Positions 54,277 to 60,908 of a stretch of DNA of 60,908 bases are shown one piece after another (position 1 is the stretch's first letter; each line of letters starts with the position of its first letter). Source of the DNA: an uncultured Alphaproteobacteria bacterium (GTDB taxonomy: Bacteria; Pseudomonadota; Alphaproteobacteria; Rs-D84). The stretch spans positions 1-60,908 of the forward strand of contig CAJGDG010000003.1 in the NCBI GenBank assembly GCA_904502095.1, given 5' to 3'. The position numbers were made by a program, and so were the translations under genes. The notes below the pieces were generated by a model. It was not told where the DNA came from, made no database searches, and saw only the letters and a list, made by a program, of their open reading frames with translations.

Positions 54277-55275
54277 ATGTCAAATACAGATAAAATCGTT
54301 TTAACCGGGATAAAACCCACAGGAACACCACATATCGGGAATTATATTGCCGCGCTGGAACCAGCCATAGAATATTCAAAAACACACAAAACATTTGTAT
54401 TTATTGCAGATTTACACGCTTTGAATTTAATACACGATGCAAAAACAATTCGTGAACATACTTATCAGGCGGCCGCCTTGTTAATTTCATTGGGCTTAAA
54501 TATGGACAATGCAATACTGTTCCGCCAATCAGACATTGACGAAATATACCAGCTAAACACATTGCTGATGAATGTGACCCCAAAGGGCCTGATGAACCGC
54601 GCCCATTCGTACAAGGCTGCAATGGACAAAAACATTGCGAACAACGATGATGTTGATGCCGGAATCAACATGGGCTTATACACATACCCTATTTTGATGT
54701 CGGCTGACATATTGCTGTACAATTCTGACATCGTACCTGTTGGCGCCGATCAAAAACAACATGTTGAATTTGCGCGCGACATCGCAGGCTATTTCAACAA
54801 AACATACGGTGAAACATTTAAATTGCCAACACCGGTTATTGGTCGCGACACAGGTATCATTCCTGGGCTGGACGGCCGGAAAATGAGCAAATCTTACGAC
54901 AACACCATCCCATTAATGGCACCAGAAAAAGAATTAAAAAAGAAGATTATGCGTATTATTACAGATTCCAAAACACCCGAAGAATCTAAAAATCCGGATG
55001 AATCAACAATCTTTCATCTGTACAAACATTTCGCAACAGAATCTGAAATCGCTGAATTTGCAGAAATGTTCCGTCGTGGTGGTATGGGATACGGCACCGC
55101 AAAAACAATATTGTTTGAACGCGTAAATTCTGTATTATCTGAACCACGTACTGAATACGAACGTTTGATGGCAAACCCGAACGAAATCGAACGCATTTTA
55201 GATACAGGCGCCAAACATGCACGCCCTGTCGCCATCGAAACATTGGCGCGCGTCAAAAAGGCAATGTTGGGATAA
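54277..55275 (+). CDS. trpS: Tryptophan--tRNA ligase
   Basis: TGIKPTGTPHIGNY (HIGH motif), KMSKS, and GADQKQH. Confidence 0.92.
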   Translation: MSNTDKIVLTGIKPTGTPHIGNYIAALEPAIEYSKTHKTFVFIADLHALNLIHDAKTIREHTYQAAALLISLGLNMDNAILFRQSDIDEIYQLNTLLMNVTPKGLMNRAHSYKAAMDKNIANNDDVDAGINMGLYTYPILMSADILLYNSDIVPVGADQKQHVEFARDIAGYFNKTYGETFKLPTPVIGRDTGIIPGLDGRKMSKSYDNTIPLMAPEKELKKKIMRIITDSKTPEESKNPDESTIFHLYKHFATESEIAEFAEMFRRGGMGYGTAKTILFERVNSVLSEPRTEYERLMANPNEIERILDTGAKHARPVAIETLARVKKAMLG

Positions 55276-55363
55276 ATTTCAGCAGTCGGCACAATCGTAT
55301 CACGCGTTTCTGATGTATCGGTATCCGTTTCAACGGTATTCAAAATAAAATAAAGGACAAACA

Positions 55364-56275
55364 TTGCAAGACGCCATAAACGATTTTATTGAATACCTGA
55401 CAAAGACAAAAAACTTTTCGTCTTATACAGCATTGGCGTACGAAACAGACATCCGCGACTTTTTAAAATTTTATGAAAAATTTAACGGCGCGCCACCATT
55501 CCCACGCGACCTGTCCCGCCCCGACACACTGTGTTTTCGTTCATATCTGGCAGACAGACAAAAACGCGGTCTGGCACACAAATCAACCGCACGCGCACTG
55601 TCATCTTTACGCGGATTTTATAGATTTTTAGCCCGAAAATACGGCATTGAAAACGACGCAATTGGTCTGATTTCATCACCCAAAGTCCCACGAAAACTTT
55701 CCAAAGCAATCGATCCAATTGATGTTGAAAATATGCACGGCGCAATACGCAATATCGACGCGAACGAACCATGGATTGCCGCACGTGATTGGGCGTTGGT
55801 GGTATTACTGTTTGGTTGCGGGCTGCGCATATCCGAAGCTTTATCCCTGCGCAACAGCGATGTATCCGGCCAACCTGATGTCCTGCGCATTACCGGCAAA
55901 GGCAACAAAGAACGACTGGTACCTGTTCTGCCGGTTGTATGGGACGCAATTACAAAATATGTTCGCGCGCGCCCATTTGGCAATGACAAAAATGACGAAT
56001 TATTTCGCAGCATACGCGGTCTGCCAATGACACCACGCATGGCACAAAAGGTTGTTGAAAACCTGCGTCATTACCTGCAACTGCCGGATTATGTCACCCC
56101 ACACGCATTGCGCCACACATTTGCAACCGCACTGCTTGCCGGTGGCGCAGATTTACGCAGCCTGCAAGAACTGTTGGGACATTCGTCATTGTCCACAACC
56201 CAGCTGTATACAAAAGTAAATATGGCGGAAATATCAAATATTTATACAAACGCGCACCCACGCGCACACGATTAA
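55364..56275 (+). CDS. Tyrosine recombinase, XerC/XerD family
   Basis: GLRISEAL, HALRHTFAT and LGHSSLSTTQLYT give the R-H-R-Y catalytic signature. The start is TTG. Confidence 0.85.
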   Translation: MQDAINDFIEYLTKTKNFSSYTALAYETDIRDFLKFYEKFNGAPPFPRDLSRPDTLCFRSYLADRQKRGLAHKSTARALSSLRGFYRFLARKYGIENDAIGLISSPKVPRKLSKAIDPIDVENMHGAIRNIDANEPWIAARDWALVVLLFGCGLRISEALSLRNSDVSGQPDVLRITGKGNKERLVPVLPVVWDAITKYVRARPFGNDKNDELFRSIRGLPMTPRMAQKVVENLRHYLQLPDYVTPHALRHTFATALLAGGADLRSLQELLGHSSLSTTQLYTKVNMAEISNIYTNAHPRAHD

Positions 56276-57099
56276 ATAATTTTATCCAAGCCAATTAATC
56301 GAACCCCAAAATCATCTGCATATTTTTTCGCATCTTCAAAATTTCTGGCGACCTGACTAATATGATGAGAATCATCAGATAAAAACATTGACACATTTGC
56401 ATCTGCGCACATTTTCATAATACGATTTGTTGGGTGCGGTTGCCCACAATGTTTATACAGCGCAGTATTGATTTCCACGGGAATTTTATTTTTTGCAACC
56501 ACATCAACAGCCTGTTGCTCTATATCAATCCACTTATCATCCAACCCCAGATTTAAACGCCGCGGCAAATCAATATGCGCCAAAAATGTAAACATCCCAG
56601 ACTTTGCCATCTCTTGAATTTTCCGCCAATACACAGTCAACATTTTATCCTGTGTATCTACATCAGCCATCTTTATATCGTGAATATTACACAAACGTCC
56701 ATCAAATTCAAACAAGTGACATGCCCCAATTAAATAATCAGGTTTTAAAACCCGCATTGCATTTTCAAAACCGCGCACCCAATGCACATTTGGAAAGTAA
56801 TCGACCTCCATCCCGCGCAAGATTTCAACTTTTTTCTGTGCGGCAACCTGTTCCAAGTTTTGGTAATGTTTTTTGAACATTAAAATAGTTTCATCAAAAT
56901 TATCACTGTATATATTTTTATAGCCACCCAAAACCGCATAAGAATAAAAATTAGCCCCAGCAATATTTTTATGTACAATAAAATGATTAGAAAAACCGAC
57001 TGTTTTTATACCACACGCCACAGCCACATCCACCATTTCAGCAGCAGTATTTTTTCCATCAAATTCAATTGTGTGCGTATGCAGATTAAAATCTTGCAT
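56272..57099 (-). CDS. PHP-family histidinol-phosphatase-like hydrolase
   Basis: N-terminal NLHTHT, with internal HIDL and DSHH metal-ligand motifs. Confidence 0.7.
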   Translation of the reverse strand: MQDFNLHTHTIEFDGKNTAAEMVDVAVACGIKTVGFSNHFIVHKNIAGANFYSYAVLGGYKNIYSDNFDETILMFKKHYQNLEQVAAQKKVEILRGMEVDYFPNVHWVRGFENAMRVLKPDYLIGACHLFEFDGRLCNIHDIKMADVDTQDKMLTVYWRKIQEMAKSGMFTFLAHIDLPRRLNLGLDDKWIDIEQQAVDVVAKNKIPVEINTALYKHCGQPHPTNRIMKMCADANVSMFLSDDSHHISQVARNFEDAKKYADDFGVRLIGLDKII

Positions 57100-57145
57100 C
57101 TGTTTTTCCTTTAAAAATGCCCCAATCGGGGCATTAAATTTCGAA

Positions 57146-57352
57146 TTAGAAACCGAAAACCATACGTTGTTTAGATTGACGTTTCTTTTCGTTACGAACG
57201 GCTTCTTCTTTCAAACGTTTGCGTTTAGTAGTTGGTTTTTCAAAACGCTGACGTTCTTTCATTTCGCGGTACAGACCTTCTTTTTGTGATTTGCGTTTTG
57301 CAACACGCAAAGCCTGTTCTACGTTATTATCGCGAACCAAAACTTTTACCAT
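57146..57352 (-). CDS. rpsU: 30S ribosomal protein S21
   Basis: [16 protein letters not shown]...[10 protein letters not shown] is typical of S21. Confidence 0.9.
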   Translation of the reverse strand: MVKVLVRDNNVEQALRVAKRKSQKEGLYREMKERQRFEKPTTKRKRLKEEAVRNEKKRQSKQRMVFGF

Positions 57353-57431
57353 ATATATTCACCCCCTTTTTGGCGAACTTGTATTTAATCTATTTAGAAA
57401 GGGGATTTTCATCCCCCTTCGCTTTTTGTTT

Positions 57432-57507
57432 TGGTGGAGCTGATCAGGCTCGAACTGACGACCCCCTGCTTGCAAAGCAGGTGCTCTACCAACTGAGCTA
57501 CAACCCC
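57432..57507 (-). tRNA. tRNA-Ala (anticodon TGC)
   Basis: Acceptor GGGGTTG/CAGCTCC with G3:U70, anticodon stem CCTGC/GCAGG with loop TTTGCAA, T-arm with TTCGAGC, encoded CCA. Confidence 0.9.
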
Positions 57508-57607
57508 AAAACTTTGCACTTTTATTACTAAAAGCGAACTGATTTTATACATTTTATAAACAAATGTCAACAGAAAAAAATAAACCACAAAAAACGAACA
57601 CAAAACA

Positions 57608-57635
57608 TTGACAAATCGAACAGGTTGTCTATAAT
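57608..57635 (+). promoter_or_regulatory. Consensus sigma70 promoter of the zeta-like gene
   Basis: TTGACA (57608-57613), a 16-nt spacer, then TATAAT (57630-57635). The ATG at 57648 has no SD, implying a very short leader. Confidence 0.55.
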
Positions 57636-57647
57636 ACAACACAACAA

Positions 57648-58841
57648 ATGAGCAAACAACAAAAATATTTTATCACAATTTCTGGTCCAAATGGCGCAGG
57701 GAAAAGCACATTTCATAAATATGTGCTGTCGAACAACCCTTTTTTATCAGACGCAGTATTTTTAAATTACGACGACGAATTTGCGAAACTGCGTGCCATA
57801 CCAGAATATTCTGCGCAATACGAACAAATTGCAACAAATATGGAAAAGCAGATAAACATCGCCAGCACAAGTGCCGCAACAACATTTAAAAAGCAAATGG
57901 AACAAATTGCCGGCAATCTGAACGAACGAATAAATCAACCATCGGAAAACAAAGATTACTGGCACGAACAATACATAATATTTACACACATTCCAACAGG
58001 CTGGGAACACCTGAAAGAAAACCTGAACTCTAAAAAAGACCTGGCAAGAAAACTTGGCGGCAGAACAATTCACGACCGTATAAATACAAAAGCAGAAAAT
58101 AATAATTGGTACATAAATTATAAAAAACTGATTCATAATTTAGAAATACAAAAAACAATTATTACCAATACAGCAAAAAACCAAACAACACAGCTTAACA
58201 AACAACTATCTGTACTTGCGGTTAAAAACATCCGCAACAAAATGAACGCTGCAATTTCAAACAAAAAAAACATAATATATGAAACGGTTAGTTTTGGTAA
58301 AAAATTGCAGACCATTGCACAACAAAACAACTATAATATTTGCGCCATACACATATGTGTATTACACCAAGAAATCAGCATTGCACGTGTTCAACAACGT
58401 GTTCAAAAAGGTGGGCACAATGTACTGCCGGGGCTTATTGTTCGCAGATACAAAGAACATCTAGACTCATTAGCTGACACCTTGTTATCTGGACAATCCG
58501 CAATCGTTGTCGACAATTCTGGCAAAAAACCATATATACCGATCTTTGTTTTATCAAACGGGAAATTTGCAAACATTACACAGTGTCCAGAATACCTGCA
58601 AGAAACACACAAACAAATCTCAGAAAGCCTGCCAGAAAAGCCAATCAAAGAAATATTACACCTGCACAAAGATATTGATGTTAAAAAGATGACCGATGAA
58701 CAACGTGAAAACTTTGGTCAATTTGTCATAACCAAATTATTTGATTTGACACCGCGCACACACCCAGAACACACTACATCTCAAAGCTTCAAAGACAAAC
58801 TACGCATGTATTTCAAAGACATATTTCACAAACAAAAATAA
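57648..58841 (+). CDS. Zeta-toxin/COG4185-like P-loop kinase-fold protein with large insertions
   Basis: Walker A SGPNGAGKST. Much later come IIYETVSF and RVQQRVQKGGHNVLPGLIVRRY, typical of the zeta/AAA_33 fold. The protein is 397 aa, against about 190-270 aa for typical family members as I recall them. Confidence 0.6.
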   Translation: MSKQQKYFITISGPNGAGKSTFHKYVLSNNPFLSDAVFLNYDDEFAKLRAIPEYSAQYEQIATNMEKQINIASTSAATTFKKQMEQIAGNLNERINQPSENKDYWHEQYIIFTHIPTGWEHLKENLNSKKDLARKLGGRTIHDRINTKAENNNWYINYKKLIHNLEIQKTIITNTAKNQTTQLNKQLSVLAVKNIRNKMNAAISNKKNIIYETVSFGKKLQTIAQQNNYNICAIHICVLHQEISIARVQQRVQKGGHNVLPGLIVRRYKEHLDSLADTLLSGQSAIVVDNSGKKPYIPIFVLSNGKFANITQCPEYLQETHKQISESLPEKPIKEILHLHKDIDVKKMTDEQRENFGQFVITKLFDLTPRTHPEHTTSQSFKDKLRMYFKDIFHKQK

Positions 58842-58886
58842 ACAAAACCCATAGACATTTTGTTTATCAAATTTTATAATACCCGT

Positions 58887-60692
58887 ATGGCAAGTAAAAT
58901 TAAATCCTTTATCAAGGGCGACCAGAATAACAAACGTGTGAAATGGTCATTATATGGGCGCGTATGGCGCGAAGTTGGCAAACCTTTTTGGAAATGGCTG
59001 GCATTCGGCATAATATTTACAGTTCTGGCCGCTGGGGCCGAGGCATATACCATCACCCTGGTTCAACAGGTTGTGGACAAGGCTTTTATTGGAAAAAGTA
59101 TGACCGCTATATACTGGCTGGGGATTCAAGTTATCATGGCATTTGGCGCCAAAGGCGTATTCACATATGCCAAGGCACTAATTATGTCCAAAGGCGGATT
59201 ACTTGCCAGCGCACGCCTGCAAAACAAGATTTTTTCTCATCTGACCCAAATGAACATATCGCGTTTTTATGGTGACGGTATTGGCAAAAGCCTAAATTAC
59301 TTTACCGTTCAATCAACCGCTGTATTAAATTTAGTCACTAATAACATCATCAAAGTTGTACAAAACGTTGCAACATTGGCAATGACATTGGCACTGATGG
59401 TATATTACGCACCACAAATGTGCCTGGTATTGCTGTTTTTAACCCCCGCGATTGTGATTCCAATGGTATTGATTATGCGCAAACGCCGTAAATTATCGCG
59501 TCAATCATTTGGTATTGCAAACAATGTCACACAACAAATCAACCAAACACTGCAAGGCATTAAAACAGTTCAGGCATTCAGCGCCCAAGAGCGAGAACAA
59601 AAAAATTTCGCACGTGTGATGGACGATTCGATTAATAATGCATATAAAAGCACCCAGGTAAACGCCCTGCGTTCCCCATTGATGGAATTTATGATTTCAA
59701 TCGGCCTGTGCATTGCAATGATTATGGGCGCACACTTTATCGCAGACGGCACAATTACAACCGGTGACTTTACAGCGTTTTTATTAGCACTGACCGCGGC
59801 ATACAAACCCGCAAAAAGCATCACCAGCACAGGCGATACGATTCAGCACGGATTGTTGGCGGCCGAAATATTGTTTGATTTTCTAGACACAAAACCAGAC
59901 ATTATTGACCTGCCCGGCGCCAAAGATATCAAGTCAAAAAAACTGTCTGTATCATTTAACAATGTATCATTTGAATATAACGAAAACGACCCTGTGTTAA
60001 AAAACATCAACCTGACCGTTCCATCAGGCCGCGTTTGTGCCTTGGTTGGTCCATCTGGTGGCGGCAAAACAACATTATTCAACCTGTTGATGCGTTTTTA
60101 CGACCCCCAGACAGGTAAAATTACTATCAACAAAACAGATATAAAAAAATACACGCTAAAATCCCTGCGTGATAATATCGCGGATGTTTCTCAATCTGTA
60201 TTTTTGTTCAATGGCACAATCGCAGACAACATAAAATACGGATGTCCAAACGCCACAGACGAAATGGTTATAGCGGCGGCACAGGCTGCAAACGCAGATG
60301 AATTCATCAACGAATTTCCAAACGGATACGACACAATCGTTGGCGAAGGCGGCGCGTTATTATCAGGCGGTCAAAAACAGCGAATCGCCATTGCACGCGC
60401 AATATTAAAAGACGCCCCTATTCTGTTATTGGACGAAGCGACATCTGCGCTGGACACACACAGCGAAAAGATAATTCAGTCCACATTGAACAAACTGATG
60501 CGTGGCCGCACAACATTTGTGATTGCGCACCGTCTGTCGACAATTTTGGATGCAGATATGATATGCGTAATTAAAAACGGCAAAATTGTTGAAACAGGCA
60601 CCGATTCGGAACTGTATAAATTAAATGGTGAATATCGCAAACTACGCGACATACAATTTAAAACCAAACCAACAAAAAAGACAAAAAAATAA
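58887..60692 (+). CDS. msbA: ABC transporter permease/ATPase, MsbA-like lipid exporter
   Basis: Six-TM domain followed by Walker A GPSGGGKTT, LSGGQKQRIAIARA and LLLDEATSALD. Confidence 0.8.
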   Translation: MASKIKSFIKGDQNNKRVKWSLYGRVWREVGKPFWKWLAFGIIFTVLAAGAEAYTITLVQQVVDKAFIGKSMTAIYWLGIQVIMAFGAKGVFTYAKALIMSKGGLLASARLQNKIFSHLTQMNISRFYGDGIGKSLNYFTVQSTAVLNLVTNNIIKVVQNVATLAMTLALMVYYAPQMCLVLLFLTPAIVIPMVLIMRKRRKLSRQSFGIANNVTQQINQTLQGIKTVQAFSAQEREQKNFARVMDDSINNAYKSTQVNALRSPLMEFMISIGLCIAMIMGAHFIADGTITTGDFTAFLLALTAAYKPAKSITSTGDTIQHGLLAAEILFDFLDTKPDIIDLPGAKDIKSKKLSVSFNNVSFEYNENDPVLKNINLTVPSGRVCALVGPSGGGKTTLFNLLMRFYDPQTGKITINKTDIKKYTLKSLRDNIADVSQSVFLFNGTIADNIKYGCPNATDEMVIAAAQAANADEFINEFPNGYDTIVGEGGALLSGGQKQRIAIARAILKDAPILLLDEATSALDTHSEKIIQSTLNKLMRGRTTFVIAHRLSTILDADMICVIKNGKIVETGTDSELYKLNGEYRKLRDIQFKTKPTKKTKK

Positions 60693-60696
60693 CAAA

Positions 60697-60908
60697 CCGT
60701 GATTAGTGCGGAAATTAAATAGAATAATTTAGATAAAAGGAAATCGGGAATCGTAGTGCACAAACGCTACATAAGATTCCCGCATCGCCATACCCCGTGA
60801 TTAGTGCGTAAAATAAATTAGAATAATTTAGATAAAAGGAAATCGGGAATCGTAGTGTACATAACGCTACATGAGATTCCCGATTTACTTTTAGATAAGT
60901 TATTATAA
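60697..60908. repeat. Tandem repeat with a 98-bp period (at least 2 units, truncated by the window end), each unit carrying a long hairpin
   Basis: Unit 1 is 60697-60794 and unit 2 starts at 60795. About 88 nt are shared, running CCGTGATTAGTGCG...CGGGAATC-GTAGTG-loop-CGCTAC-N4-GATTCCCG. Confidence 0.8.

Noticed and set aside
55364-56275. Tyrosine recombinase as the integrase of a mobile element.
   Set aside because: It has the length and motif layout of XerC/XerD, sits among housekeeping genes (trpS, rpsU), and has no flanking att-like repeats or cargo.

Overview
This 60.9-kb window looks like chromosomal DNA from a Gram-negative bacterium, probably alphaproteobacterium-like. The evidence for that placement is CarD, RNase E with an acidic insert, CtpA, Lpt/BamE/OmpA envelope genes and L13-S9. 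GC content appears moderate to low, and PFOR (nifJ) suggests an anaerobic lifestyle. The housekeeping backbone is rho, rplM-rpsI, eno, pth, polA, acpS, carD, nifJ, ctpA, rph, rne, rpsD, lptC-lptB, a class A PBP, trpS, a Xer recombinase, rpsU and an MsbA-like exporter. There are four tRNAs: Arg-TCT, Pro-TGG, Leu-AAG and Ala-TGC. Between the core genes sit many lineage-specific secreted or outer-membrane proteins. These include a 1702-aa autotransporter, two Arg-rich/Cys-rich paralogs, a 698-aa protein with eukaryote-like CxxCPxGxY repeats flanked by duplicated lipoprotein genes, and several beta-barrel proteins. Small accessory modules are a tandem pair of divergent ClpP-like genes, a Doc-like Fic gene (His to Gln) followed by an APH-like kinase, an expanded zeta-toxin-like P-loop protein, and an ADP-ribosylglycohydrolase islet bounded by tRNA-Pro-derived direct repeats. 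The best-supported new signal is a roughly 110-nt four-helix leader RNA present twice (9-118 and 10446-10572, minus strand). The two copies differ by compensatory base changes. The complete copy is followed by a terminator/antiterminator platform upstream of a two-gene secreted-protein operon. I saw no rRNA, CRISPR array, transposase or intact prophage. All protein family calls come from motifs read by eye, not from database searches.
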